Of a stretch of 64,000 bases of DNA, positions 8,705-18,467 are shown in pieces. The notes under the pieces were generated by a model that was given only the letters and a program-made list of their open reading frames with translations, had not been told where the DNA came from and made no database searches. The stretch is from NCBI GenBank assembly GCA_029351405.1, contig GCA_029351405.1_4841.1, one strand, 5' to 3'. Source of the DNA: Escherichia coli (GTDB taxonomy: Bacteria; Pseudomonadota; Gammaproteobacteria; Enterobacterales; Enterobacteriaceae). A program made the translations under genes and the position numbers. Every line of letters begins with the position of its first letter. The first letter of the stretch is position 1.

Positions 8705-10651
8705 ATGGCACAGGAAGCAACGAACAATGATGTTGTCAAAGTTCTAGACAAGATCAAGGCGGAGATGATGCAGCGCAAACAACTCCGCGCTCAGAATGAA
8801 ACCAACAGACAGCTTGATCGGATGAACAAGAATCTGGCCAAGCTGGAATCTGCCACTAAACAGGACACCAAGGCCGAGTCCAAGCCATTTGAAATCCGTA
8901 TCCCGACAGTCAATGAGATCGTCATGGGATTCGCTCGCATGTCTCCGATCTTCACCCGCGACTTCAGCGTATGGATGAAGGATACTGTCGATGTGGGTAA
9001 CGAAGGCAATCGGGAACTGGAGAATATCACAGGCAAGATTGACCGCCTCGGTGAGATCACCCGCATGCCAACAGATGACACGTCCCTGGAGTATCTTAAC
9101 CTGATCTCAGACCAGCTGAAGTCTGCCAATGATGACACCCTCAAGCGCATGGACGAGCAGAGTGTGTCTCTGGTCCGCGTGGGATCATTCTTGAACATGA
9201 TCGACGGAGTGATGATCGAGGTTCGTGACGATGTTGCTGAACTGAAAAGGAACTCCGATGACACCCTTACTCGCTTGTCTAGCATTGAAAACAAGATTGG
9301 GCGCACGGGCGGTCATATCGTTGGAGTTCTGACACGCATCTTTGATGAAGACCAGAAGTGGCGTGAGAAGGACGAGATGCGCCGTGGGGAAACCGACAAA
9401 GAAACGGGTGGTCATCCTCAGGCGGGTTCTGTTATACCCAAAGACGATGACCAGAAAGACGATTCCTCCGGTATCGGGGCGGCGGTGGCGGCCATGCTTG
9501 GCCTGAATGCACTGAAGGGCTTCTTGCTCAAGCCGTTCAAGATCATCGGTGGTGTTGTCGGGACTTTCCTCGGCATGTTCTCCAAGCTGGGAGAAGGTAT
9601 CACCAAACTTCTGGGTCCATTTGGGAAGGTGTTCAAGTTCCTGAAAGTCGGCCCACTGGCTCTCCTGTCTATGATCTGGGACTTCGGTAAAGGCTTCATT
9701 GATGCGAAGGAGATCCTGGGTAAAGGTGCTGTCACGATAGTTGACCGAGTACGGGCGGGGATATCAGAACTGGTTGGTGGATTTGGTGATCTATTTGACT
9801 GGGTGTCCAAGATCTTTGGCTTTGATACCAAAGCGGGTGAAACCCTGCGCAAATACACCCTCATGATCACTGAGGCTCCCGCTCGTTGGCTGAATGGTAT
9901 TATCGACTGGATTAGCAACGACTTGTTTGCAGGGATCGGGAGAGACACGTCTCTTACGGATATCCCTGGCAAGTTAGCAGACAACCTACAGTCCGAGTTG
10001 ATGAAGCTGGTAGACTGGATCACAGGGGGTATCAGTAGTGTGATCGACGAGGGCATGGGTGTGGCCAACAAGGTTATTGACGAAATCAAGAAGGGATTTG
10101 CCGAAAATGTGAAGAAACCTTTCTTCAACATGCTGAACACAATCACTAATGCGATGTTCGATATCGTTGACAAGTTCGTCAGCATCATCCCTGACGCTCT
10201 GGGTGGACAGGCTGCGAAGCAGAAGATGGATGAGGCTCGCCAGTCTATGCTGATTGACACTGATGGGAATCCGTCTCCTAATGTGACAGAGACCCAGCAG
10301 CCACAGACGCCAGCACAACCGAACATTGATACACAAACGCTGACTCCAATACCTTCTGGTGTGTCTTCAGATTACAAGAATATGACTAATGACCGCACCT
10401 CTCAGCTGAAAGCTGCGTATGGTTCTATCGGGGGTGGTACTCTGGGCGGGGCCATGCCATCACAAGGGAGGGCGCTGTCTAATATCGAGCAAGTACAAGG
10501 CGGCTATTCACCGCCTCCAGCCAGCGTCGTGATGCCAGTACAGCAGAATGTGGATGCTTCTAAGAGGATCAACACGACCAATAACTTCAACAGCTCATCT
10601 CTTGAGCCTGAGAACAAAACAGATAATTCCCGCATCCTGTGGGAATGGTAA
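8705..10651 (+). CDS. tail tape-measure / baseplate hub protein (gp29-like)
   Basis: 648 aa; N-terminal coiled-coil-rich region, central Gly-rich hydrophobic segment (GIGAAVAAMLGLNALKGFLL...), Q/N/T-rich C-terminus. Confidence 0.5.
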   Translation: MAQEATNNDVVKVLDKIKAEMMQRKQLRAQNETNRQLDRMNKNLAKLESATKQDTKAESKPFEIRIPTVNEIVMGFARMSPIFTRDFSVWMKDTVDVGNEGNRELENITGKIDRLGEITRMPTDDTSLEYLNLISDQLKSANDDTLKRMDEQSVSLVRVGSFLNMIDGVMIEVRDDVAELKRNSDDTLTRLSSIENKIGRTGGHIVGVLTRIFDEDQKWREKDEMRRGETDKETGGHPQAGSVIPKDDDQKDDSSGIGAAVAAMLGLNALKGFLLKPFKIIGGVVGTFLGMFSKLGEGITKLLGPFGKVFKFLKVGPLALLSMIWDFGKGFIDAKEILGKGAVTIVDRVRAGISELVGGFGDLFDWVSKIFGFDTKAGETLRKYTLMITEAPARWLNGIIDWISNDLFAGIGRDTSLTDIPGKLADNLQSELMKLVDWITGGISSVIDEGMGVANKVIDEIKKGFAENVKKPFFNMLNTITNAMFDIVDKFVSIIPDALGGQAAKQKMDEARQSMLIDTDGNPSPNVTETQQPQTPAQPNIDTQTLTPIPSGVSSDYKNMTNDRTSQLKAAYGSIGGGTLGGAMPSQGRALSNIEQVQGGYSPPPASVVMPVQQNVDASKRINTTNNFNSSSLEPENKTDNSRILWEW

Positions 10652-11311
10652 TCAGATTCCGTGGGCTTGTATTAGCTCACGGAGTCTCTGTTTTGAATAT
10701 GTGGTATCCTCATCCGGAACCACAGCATTCGTCTTCCTGAGCAAGAACGCCTCTGAGTTCCAGTAGATGTCATCACGCAGAATCGTATCGTATAGATGAA
10801 TGAAACCAACGATCTTGTTCAGACCGACAAGGAACCAAATCGGGAACTTCTTGATGATGATGTCTGTCAGCAACGGTGGATGGCCTGTACCCGTCCCCTT
10901 GATGTACTCAATGAAGGTGCAGTTGCGCTCCCTTATGGCAGGAATCATCTCCCGCTCGAACTCCTCAAGGAAGTTATATGTGAAGTTCTCGTACAGCTTA
11001 CGGTATTCATCATAATTGGCCTGAGCCTGGCGTGTAAGCAATGTCGTCACCCAGGTCTTGGGTGATTTGATGAAGTTGGCAATGATGTAGTTCTCTACCA
11101 CTTCACCCTGTGTTGACTCGAACCGACGGGCAAGGCGAGCAAACTGTTTGCACACGGCCTCCTTCGCCAAGAACGTCTCGAACTTGTAATTCATCGGTCC
11201 ATACAAGCTGTAATCGAAGTCCTTAGTGGTGAAGTGCAGCTTGATCGCCATGAAGACACAGTAAACGTTGAACGCTCGCTCGAACTCCATCTTCTGCCAC
11301 TCTGTTAGCAT
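10652..11311 (-). CDS. helicase loading protein, gp59-like (putative)
   Basis: 219 aa; residue pattern recalled as similar to T4 gp59 N- and mid-regions (Y.....IK.H...K.D, IIANFIKSPKTW). Confidence 0.45.
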   Translation of the reverse strand: MLTEWQKMEFERAFNVYCVFMAIKLHFTTKDFDYSLYGPMNYKFETFLAKEAVCKQFARLARRFESTQGEVVENYIIANFIKSPKTWVTTLLTRQAQANYDEYRKLYENFTYNFLEEFEREMIPAIRERNCTFIEYIKGTGTGHPPLLTDIIIKKFPIWFLVGLNKIVGFIHLYDTILRDDIYWNSEAFLLRKTNAVVPDEDTTYSKQRLRELIQAHGI

Positions 11312-11559
11312 TTGCGTTCCTCTTCTTTAATAAATTGCAATAACTCTTCCATCAGCCCTTTCTTCTTGATGAACTGTAACACCAGGATGAAGCGACGGAA
11401 GGAGCGGGGGACAACACGATAACCCTTCGCCCAGTAGTTCACAACATTAGAACAATCCAATAAACGAGCCAGCCCAGATTGTGACACCCCGAGGCTCAGC
11501 AGAACCTTGTACATGTACTTCTTGTCATTTACCGGAAGCTCTTTCATTCTTAAACTCAT
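11305..11559 (-). CDS. helix-turn-helix DNA-binding protein
   Basis: Xre-like HTH segment SQSGLARLLDCSNVVNYWAKG. Confidence 0.5.
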   Translation of the reverse strand: MSLRMKELPVNDKKYMYKVLLSLGVSQSGLARLLDCSNVVNYWAKGYRVVPRSFRRFILVLQFIKKKGLMEELLQFIKEEERKC

Positions 11560-11782
11560 GATACTTGTCCGCTAATGTCTTATAATATTTGTTAGGATTA
11601 TACTCCTGTTTGGAATAGTGAAGAGTAAGGGAAGCACTCAGACCTAGGATAATCACGACAACGAGCGCCTTGTGGTTATTGATCTCGGGAATAGCTATCC
11701 ACACCAGCAACAACACAAGCGAGCTGATAATCAAGGACAGCAAGAACGTTAATGTAATCACCAATGCGAATAGCTCGTCCAT
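11525..11782 (-). CDS. small membrane protein
   Basis: Two hydrophobic helices (ALVITLTFLLSLIISSLVLLLVWIAI; LVVVIILGLSASL). Confidence 0.4.
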   Translation of the reverse strand: MDELFALVITLTFLLSLIISSLVLLLVWIAIPEINNHKALVVVIILGLSASLTLHYSKQEYNPNKYYKTLADKYHEFKNERASGK

Positions 11783-11786
11783 CAGA

Positions 11787-12020
11787 TCACACCTCTTTGT
11801 GATTCTTCATCTTGCGAACAGTGCCTACAAACCCAAGATCCTTCCCGCAATGGGTGCAGATAGCGTGGCAAGCATGGTTCTCACGATAGGTGCTGTGTTT
11901 GCAGCGCCATTGCTTGAACGCCGAACGGGCAACTAGGATCACGGCGATCAAGAAGACGATACCGGATATCTGAAGTTCAACCAAGAACTTCGCCCACCAG
12001 AAACTCATATACTCACCCAT
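11787..12020 (-). CDS. small membrane protein with C-x2-C zinc-finger-like motif
   Basis: Start at internal Met just downstream of ligase stop; TM helix then CHAICTHCGK. Confidence 0.35.
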   Translation of the reverse strand: MGEYMSFWWAKFLVELQISGIVFLIAVILVARSAFKQWRCKHSTYRENHACHAICTHCGKDLGFVGTVRKMKNHKEV

Positions 12021-13443
12021 TATCCTTCTCCAACAGGAATGCGATGTTTTCAATGTACGCTTTCTGTATCGCATAGACTTCATCCAGTGTGTTGGCCACT
12101 TTCTTGTCAATGCGGACTTCTACAAGGCGAGGTAGGAACAAAGACTTCATCGCATCATCTGTCTTGTCCTGTACGCCATTGGAGAGCACTGCGGCGATCT
12201 TGCCAATGTAGTCGCCCTGGTTCTCCCACATATGGCGTCTCAGCTCATCTGAGATCCCTGAGACGCCAACAACAAGCAGGCCGTCGGAAGTTTTACAAAT
12301 CAGTGAGCCAAAAGTCTTGGCGTGTTTGCCTTTCTTGTCGGCCTCGTTGAAGCCCACGATTTCAAGGTCACACTCAACCTCCATCTTCAGCTTCAGACCT
12401 TCAGAAGAAGTACCATCTTCCCACGGCATGTCTGCGGCCTTACATATCGTGCCTTCTTCTTTGCGAGCCAGCGCGTCTTTGAAGTGGTCTACGGCTTCGG
12501 CAAATGAGTGAACAACACGAGTTTCCTGAACCTGAACCAGACCGTCGTCTTCATCAAACAGTTGCTGGATGATATCGAAGCGGCGCTCATACGGGGTGTC
12601 CACGCGCTGGGCGTTGAACCAGTTGTCGTACGGGATAACATCCCACACCCGGTAGATCACCCGATAACGATCTTCTAGGGGTTCTCCTGTCTGAATCACG
12701 CTGTTGAGTTTACCGTTACCGACAGCACGAGGCAGGATGGTATTCGACTTGAGGTCAACCACGAGAAGTTCACCATGGAACACACTCTCACCAATCCCCG
12801 CATCGTAGATCAGGTCTTTGAACACCAGTGAAAGGTTATCAACCGAACCACCTGCGATAAGGGAACCGGAGCGAGAGCGAATCTCAGGCTCTTTATTGTA
12901 CCGACATATGATATTGGCGAACATACCGTCTGACTTCAGCTGGCTGTAGACGCCACGCTTGAAGTCCATCTTCTTCAGCAGGTCAATCGTCATGTTGTCA
13001 TAACGATGATACGGAAGAATGTTGATCAGGCGTCCAGTGCCTCCAGCGGCGTTGAATGCAGCGTTGATGCCCTTCTCAGCGATACCCGCCTTGATATCAC
13101 GGTCTAGGATCATCTGAATGAGTTCGTGGTATTGGGGATCCATCTTCAGGGCGACAGAGGCCAACAGGGCGTCAGCCTTTTGGCCACTGACAAGACGCTG
13201 CGCCATCTGGTCGAGGACGTCATAGACTTCGCTGATGTCATCAGTCTTCTCACGGACGAGCATGCGAGGATACGCGCTGAGCTTCAACTCAGTCCGATAG
13301 AACGACGTCATTGGGTCATAGACATACTGCAAGAAGTCTGCCAAGTCTGGGTTGTTCTTGAATGCTTCGGTCAGCACAGCTTTCTTCGCATTGCTGCCTT
13401 TGGTTTCGCGAAGTCGGTGGACTGTTTCAAGGATAGGGATCAT
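12013..13443 (-). CDS. ATP-dependent DNA ligase
   Basis: Adenylation motif I K-S-D-G (QLKSDGMF), 476 aa with nucleotidyltransferase/OB-fold layout. Confidence 0.75.
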   Translation of the reverse strand: MIPILETVHRLRETKGSNAKKAVLTEAFKNNPDLADFLQYVYDPMTSFYRTELKLSAYPRMLVREKTDDISEVYDVLDQMAQRLVSGQKADALLASVALKMDPQYHELIQMILDRDIKAGIAEKGINAAFNAAGGTGRLINILPYHRYDNMTIDLLKKMDFKRGVYSQLKSDGMFANIICRYNKEPEIRSRSGSLIAGGSVDNLSLVFKDLIYDAGIGESVFHGELLVVDLKSNTILPRAVGNGKLNSVIQTGEPLEDRYRVIYRVWDVIPYDNWFNAQRVDTPYERRFDIIQQLFDEDDGLVQVQETRVVHSFAEAVDHFKDALARKEEGTICKAADMPWEDGTSSEGLKLKMEVECDLEIVGFNEADKKGKHAKTFGSLICKTSDGLLVVGVSGISDELRRHMWENQGDYIGKIAAVLSNGVQDKTDDAMKSLFLPRLVEVRIDKKVANTLDEVYAIQKAYIENIAFLLEKDNG

Positions 13444-13452
13444 GTGGTGTCT

Positions 13453-13485
13453 CCAGGGTTATATGTGCTGCTATTATAACCCTGG
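13453..13485 (-). promoter_or_regulatory. 11-bp perfect inverted repeat abutting ligase ribosome-binding site
   Basis: CCAGGGTTATA-N11-TATAACCCTGG; 3' arm overlaps the GGAG Shine-Dalgarno 7 nt upstream of ligase ATG. Confidence 0.5.
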
Positions 13486-13556
13486 GGACTTCAATAGATT
13501 ATTGGCGGGTGTGGGATTTTGCCTGGCCGATAATGAGGTTAGTGTGTAATCTTCAG

Positions 13557-13898
13557 TTATTTCTTCGGGGGTTCAATTGAGGTGAAAGAATCCTTCCAAC
13601 TCTTGAATTTTTCAACCAGGGCTTCTTTACCCAGCTCGTCATTTGACACGCTGTGAATATAGGCGAATGCTCCATAGCCGGATCCTGGCATAGCCTTGCA
13701 GATGCGCAGACTAACCAAAGAATCTCCTACGGAAACAAGATAGTGGTCACGACGATTGTTCAGGGCATAATGGTTGTCGTGAAACTTGTCAACAATAACA
13801 CAGTTCTGAGGTTCGACGTCGATCGGTAGCCCGTTAGCTTCGGATCCACCGCGCCCAAGCACGCAGCCTGGGAATAATGTTTCTACGAGTGTGGTCAT
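13557..13898 (-). CDS. hypothetical protein
   Basis: 113 aa ORF with ribosome-binding site; no recognised motif. Confidence 0.45.
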   Translation of the reverse strand: MTTLVETLFPGCVLGRGGSEANGLPIDVEPQNCVIVDKFHDNHYALNNRRDHYLVSVGDSLVSLRICKAMPGSGYGAFAYIHSVSNDELGKEALVEKFKSWKDSFTSIEPPKK

Positions 13899-14130
13899 GG
13901 TCTGTTCCTTCTGTAAGTTCCCATGTATTATATGGGTGAATAGTTTATTGAATTATTTGTTGTGGAAACCCAGAGCCTTGTGGACTTCTTCGCGATTTAA
14001 TTTCGGCCTGAGACTCTGTGCGATTAATCCGGCGCTCGCCATTCCATTTCAACATCGATCGCATCTATCAGACAACGGATCTCAGCGCATCAGGGGCTTA
14101 CCCAACAGCCAGTTGAAATACTCGCGCATG

Positions 14131-14343
14131 TCACTTCCTCATCAGTGAGAGTAGGTTGACCGTAGCCGGGCGCGCATCAGGGGCGTAGAAGACGTCCTGA
14201 GAGTGCCTCTTACAGCACGGGCAATCCTTCGTGGCGATTACACAGGGAGCCTTGTCCACGGCAAATCCAGCGGCTTCGGCTTCCTTCACAGTGGTGAATG
14301 GCAGGTAAGCACTTGTGCCCTGCCCTCCGCATGAACATTCCAT
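14131..14343 (-). CDS. small cysteine-rich protein
   Basis: 70 aa, CSC ... C ... CPCC pattern. Confidence 0.4.
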   Translation of the reverse strand: MECSCGGQGTSAYLPFTTVKEAEAAGFAVDKAPCVIATKDCPCCKRHSQDVFYAPDARPATVNLLSLMRK

Positions 14344-14543
14344 CAGAAATCCTCCAACGTGATACCATTGACTTCCGACATTAACCCAAGGCGCTTAACC
14401 CGACGAGCGTGGCGGTGCTCCTTCTTGATGCTTTTAGAGCGTTGTGCTTTGGAACGTCGATTCTTGTAAGTGTCAGACGGATACTTGTCATGTCCTGGAC
14501 AACAAGACCCTGGCTCGTACACATCCATGATTTCACGTTTCAT
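14343..14543 (-). CDS. small basic protein
   Basis: 66 aa, Lys/Arg-rich centre, CCPGH motif. Confidence 0.4.
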   Translation of the reverse strand: MKREIMDVYEPGSCCPGHDKYPSDTYKNRRSKAQRSKSIKKEHRHARRVKRLGLMSEVNGITLEDF

Positions 14544-14545
14544 CT

Positions 14546-14659
14546 CTATTTCCTCTTAAAGGGGATGACCAGGGCTATGATGAGAAGCATAGCTGTAATC
14601 ATCCCGCATGCTATCAGACCAAAGGCGAACGACTTCAGAACAAACTCAATCAAATTCAT
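14546..14659 (-). CDS. micro-ORF encoding hydrophobic peptide (about 37 aa)
   Basis: ATG overlaps stop of upstream 408-aa gene (ATGA); GAGGAAA ribosome-binding site; hydrophobic product; not in ORF track (short). Confidence 0.3.
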   Translation of the reverse strand: MNLIEFVLKSFAFGLIACGMITAMLLIIALVIPFKRK

Positions 14660-15849
14660 AATTTCCTCAATTTGGCTCTGGTGACCTGAGTTTGTTTAAC
14701 GCCGTTGTACTCAGTCAGTTCTTTGACACGACCACGGATGATCATATCGCCCTGCAAGAACTCTGTATCCATATAAGAGGTCTTCCAGGTAATTGTATTG
14801 CCTTCTGCTGTTTTGAAAGTAAACAGGTAACTATCACCATATTCATTGGAGAAGAGGAAGGTGCGCTTGTCGAACCTGACTTGCACTTCCAGCATTTCAC
14901 CGACTTCTCCCACCCATTTGTTCTCCACCTTGCGTTCAGTACGAGGACGATGGATGTAATCGTAATACTTCTTGGCACCCCAGCGGACTGTGTTGTTATC
15001 CTTGATGAGGTGATAGCCGGGTTCACACATGCGTTTCAGGCGAACATTGAACTCATTAGATTCGGACAGCGCACTGATGAAAAGCTTCATATGGTACATT
15101 TCCGACTCTGCATCTTCACGGTATTCGTGTGCCTTGTTTACGAAATACTCTTCATCGGAACCTGCTTTTGGTTTCTGGTGAGACCGGACATAGCCCAGTA
15201 CTTTGTCAAACAGTTCAGACTTGATATCCACGCCTGCCAGCATCACTTGGAAGCATGCGCGCAGGTAACTGTGGGTGTCGGTGAAGCGCTCATTTTGGAC
15301 GCGATATATACCCTCTGGGTCGTCCTCGTCTGGCATGAAGAACTCTTGGATTTCCAGATAGTAAGACATAATCGCGTCAAGCGATTTCTGATGAGGTACA
15401 TAATGATGCATACAGGTGCTACCAATCAGCATCTGGGTATGCGTTTCCTCATTTTCAATCACATACGTGTTCTTGCGACGGATGGCTAGATTGCAATGCT
15501 GACACCAAGAGACGTTCTCTGTCTCGAAGCGACGGATGAAGTCAGGATTGATGTTGTCGGACAGGCGGTTAAGAATAACTTTTGGATATTCGTGATTGAA
15601 CTGACCGATGATCTTCCAGCCACCATAAGAGACGGGGCGGTCAATGCCTTCGCCTTCGAGAGTAACAGGTTTCCACCAGTGAGTAAGGATCTCACCAGTG
15701 AAGTCGCGGGTGTGGGTTTTGAAGGGTTCACCATAAGTCACAGTCGGAAACGGAACACCCAACCTTTCGGCAGTGCGCTCGAGCTTCTTCAGTCGCTCAA
15801 CTACCAACCCTTCATTGTCGATCGGAATATTGAATGTTTTGACGTTCAT
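14656..15849 (-). CDS. hypothetical protein with Cys/His cluster
   Basis: Start taken at Met preceded by GAGG (MNVKT); WCQHC ... CMHHY motif; no confident family. Confidence 0.5.
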   Translation of the reverse strand: MNVKTFNIPIDNEGLVVERLKKLERTAERLGVPFPTVTYGEPFKTHTRDFTGEILTHWWKPVTLEGEGIDRPVSYGGWKIIGQFNHEYPKVILNRLSDNINPDFIRRFETENVSWCQHCNLAIRRKNTYVIENEETHTQMLIGSTCMHHYVPHQKSLDAIMSYYLEIQEFFMPDEDDPEGIYRVQNERFTDTHSYLRACFQVMLAGVDIKSELFDKVLGYVRSHQKPKAGSDEEYFVNKAHEYREDAESEMYHMKLFISALSESNEFNVRLKRMCEPGYHLIKDNNTVRWGAKKYYDYIHRPRTERKVENKWVGEVGEMLEVQVRFDKRTFLFSNEYGDSYLFTFKTAEGNTITWKTSYMDTEFLQGDMIIRGRVKELTEYNGVKQTQVTRAKLRKL

Positions 15850-15932
15850 TTCCAGCCTCATGATGTAGTTGTAACTCTTCAATACAGATTAAATATTAGG
15901 CGATTATTTCTTGAAAGTAAAGTTATTGAAGT

Positions 15933-15959
15933 TAAAAAGCCCAGTACTTGACTGGGCTT
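15933..15959 (-). terminator. rho-independent terminator
   Basis: AAGCCCAGT-loop-ACTGGGCTT hairpin followed by TTTTT on minus strand, about 18 nt after stop of 15977..16291. Confidence 0.55.
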
Positions 15960-15976
15960 CTTGGTGTTCTATTGAC

Positions 15977-16291
15977 TTATTCGCCACTGGCATTCGGATC
16001 TCGATCGGGCTTGGCGTTCGGGAATAGAGACTCGTATAAGTCTTGATATTTCTCGCTCGTTTCGATCGTCTTATGGTAAGTTCCATTGGCGCGGTCGGAT
16101 ACAACCTTGCGCAAGTCGCTGGCCTTGATACCCGTGTCTTTCGCCAGCTCGGCCAGAGTCTCAGTAATGAAAGTCTGTTCTGACTTGATGCGGACCTGGG
16201 CGGCACGACAGTTTTCAATTGCACCTATCAGCTTGCGACGGGATTCAGGATCAGATGGTAGTACATAAAAGCCGATTTGTTCTACAGACAT
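15977..16291 (-). CDS. hypothetical protein
   Basis: 104 aa ORF with own terminator. Confidence 0.5.
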   Translation of the reverse strand: MSVEQIGFYVLPSDPESRRKLIGAIENCRAAQVRIKSEQTFITETLAELAKDTGIKASDLRKVVSDRANGTYHKTIETSEKYQDLYESLFPNAKPDRDPNASGE

Positions 16292-16306
16292 TTGGTGTTC
16301 CTCTTG

Positions 16307-16642
16307 TTAAGATCTCATACCTTGTGGGATCAGATTAGTCCCACAACGGCGTAAAAAGAAGTTTACGATTGAGTGATACTGGAACTTCGGGATGATCTCT
16401 ACACCATCTTCCGTCGTATACCATTCCACTGTGTTGGTGCGCACTGGAAGGGGAAATGACGGCAGATCCAGCTGTACGAGTTCACCCTCTTGGCATATCA
16501 TACCAATTCCATATTCCTCCCAGATTTTACGATTGTTGAAGAACTCCAGAGTCTGCTCCGGACTCAGCTCAATCGCTTGTTTGGTGTGGCACACCTGTTT
16601 GGCGGCCTGCACCAGGCCAGCCATAAAATCATTGTGTGACAT
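16307..16642 (-). CDS. hypothetical protein
   Basis: 111 aa ORF; GGAG ribosome-binding site. Confidence 0.5.
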   Translation of the reverse strand: MSHNDFMAGLVQAAKQVCHTKQAIELSPEQTLEFFNNRKIWEEYGIGMICQEGELVQLDLPSFPLPVRTNTVEWYTTEDGVEIIPKFQYHSIVNFFLRRCGTNLIPQGMRS

Positions 16643-16706
16643 GATGTGCTCCTGGTTTACATTCAGATCATAGAATTATACCCTATGACCCGCTTTATTG
16701 AATTGC

Positions 16707-18131
16707 CTAGAATTTCCAATTATTGACCGTTTGGGCTTTCTGCTCATCGCTGGCAGCAGCCCCGGACTTGTTGAGGTCATGTTTGATGTGTACGTTTTCG
16801 ACATATTTGGCCTCAGCCTCAGTCAGGTCCTTCTTAACTTCGTTCCAGTCCAGGTCAAACAGGATCTGTTTGTCTTGGTCCATACCAAACAGGAATGATT
16901 TCAGCTTCTGCTTGTTGGCATAACGGTTCTTGAGTATTGAGGCTCGGGCTTTCTTGACCGCCGCCAGTTCGTCAGGAGCATAGAATGCCATGATGAAGTC
17001 GGCCACCTTCGGAATACCGATAGCATCTGCCAAATCACTGATTCCGCCATCAGTGCTATTCTGATTCTCACGATTGAACTGCATACCAGTCCATACAGGG
17101 ACATCAAACTCAAATCCCAGCGCACGAAACTCACGAGCCACAGACGTGTAATAGACGTTCGTGTTCTGCATCAGGTGGGCAGGCAGGCGCGAGGAAGCAG
17201 CTTCGCCAAGATAGTCAATAACGATAACATCGGGAGCACGACCAGTTGCCTGGATGTACTCAAGGATATCGCGGCGGAATAAACCTGTGTGTCCAGCACC
17301 GGAAGGATATTCCTTGATGACGATATCACCCTTGGGTGCACCATCTTGGCGACTGCGGAGCTTCTCTATCGTTGCAATATACTCGTGCCTTGTGAGTTTC
17401 TCTAAAGACTCAAAGTCACGACGCATGATACGGGCATCAAGACGGTGTCGCCAGACGTTCTCGGCCACTTCAAGGGTGAAGACAAAGACGTTCAGCCCCT
17501 GCTCCGAGTACCCTGCGGTCAGGTCAATCAGCGTTGTGGTCTTACCTGCGTTGATCGCACCTGTTACGATGTTCAGTGTCTTCTTACCAACGCCACCACG
17601 TGTCGCCTTATTGAAGATCTCAACTGCGAACGGGATCTTGGCCTCGTTGGAGTTCATGTGGTCATACTGCTCTGCCGCCATCTCCCAATAGATGTGACCG
17701 AGGTATGAATCAAACCGGATCGCCAGGGCTTCCTGCAACATGGTCGGGATGTTGTTCATCTCGTCCTTGCGCTTCTCGTCACCGTAGATGTTGACGGCGG
17801 TCTTGATTGCGTTGTGTACGGCCTTTTGCCGCGCCCAAGCCTCGGTTTCCTTCGCCAGCCACTCTTCATTGAAGGTGTTGTCGTTGATGTTCTCCAGGGC
17901 AGATACCGCCTGGTCAAACACATATTCGTTCAGCTTTGTCCGTTCAAGAATTATAGATAGTGCTTCGACAGACGGGCGGGCATTGTACTCTGAGGTATAA
18001 CTGTCAATCAGACCAAAGATGACCTTTTCGCCTTCGTTGTCAAAATAATCGGCTTTCAGGTACGGCAGGATCTTTCTTTGGTAATCTTCATTGTAAATCA
18101 ACTGTGAAAGCACGACAGATTCGAGTAACAT
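16707..18131 (-). CDS. DnaB-like replicative DNA helicase (gp41-like)
   Basis: Walker A GAINAGKTT, Walker B-like VIVIDYLGEA, N-terminal DnaB-like helical domain; 474 aa. Confidence 0.8.
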   Translation of the reverse strand: MLLESVVLSQLIYNEDYQRKILPYLKADYFDNEGEKVIFGLIDSYTSEYNARPSVEALSIILERTKLNEYVFDQAVSALENINDNTFNEEWLAKETEAWARQKAVHNAIKTAVNIYGDEKRKDEMNNIPTMLQEALAIRFDSYLGHIYWEMAAEQYDHMNSNEAKIPFAVEIFNKATRGGVGKKTLNIVTGAINAGKTTTLIDLTAGYSEQGLNVFVFTLEVAENVWRHRLDARIMRRDFESLEKLTRHEYIATIEKLRSRQDGAPKGDIVIKEYPSGAGHTGLFRRDILEYIQATGRAPDVIVIDYLGEAASSRLPAHLMQNTNVYYTSVAREFRALGFEFDVPVWTGMQFNRENQNSTDGGISDLADAIGIPKVADFIMAFYAPDELAAVKKARASILKNRYANKQKLKSFLFGMDQDKQILFDLDWNEVKKDLTEAEAKYVENVHIKHDLNKSGAAASDEQKAQTVNNWKF

Positions 18132-18137
18132 TGGCCA

Positions 18138-18467
18138 CTACCCCACCAAAAATTTATTATATTCCTGAGCATTACGCTGCATGAGGTCTACAAGGATATC
18201 CCCTGACACCTCAGTGAACAAGTCATTTTCTTTCAAATTCACAAACATCAGACGCAATGGTTTCTTCAATATATCAGTCACGAAAGACAGGCGGGGTTCG
18301 CCGTCCACTTCGTTGATGGCCACCTTGCCGAACCGGAATTGAACACCACGGAATTTGCCAGAAGTGATCTTGATGATCGCCAGCTGATCAGCACCAGGGT
18401 CGATGATTGTGTAGTTATTGGGGGAGTCTCCTCCCCCTCCACTGTTATTCGCTTGTGTTAATAACAT
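18138..18467 (-). CDS. hypothetical protein
   Basis: ORF from internal Met; Gly-rich N-terminus (NNSGGGGDSP). Confidence 0.4.
   Translation of the reverse strand: MLLTQANNSGGGGDSPNNYTIIDPGADQLAIIKITSGKFRGVQFRFGKVAINEVDGEPRLSFVTDILKKPLRLMFVNLKENDLFTEVSGDILVDLMQRNAQEYNKFLVG

Noticed and set aside
9418-10326. 302-aa minus-strand ORF
   Set aside because: Embedded antisense in the tape-measure-like gene; Ser/Pro-rich low-complexity translation typical of a shadow frame.
18418-18435. GGGGGAG-loop-CTCCCCC hairpin
   Set aside because: Lies inside a coding region (Gly codons), is not followed by a T-tract and has no intergenic context; probably incidental.
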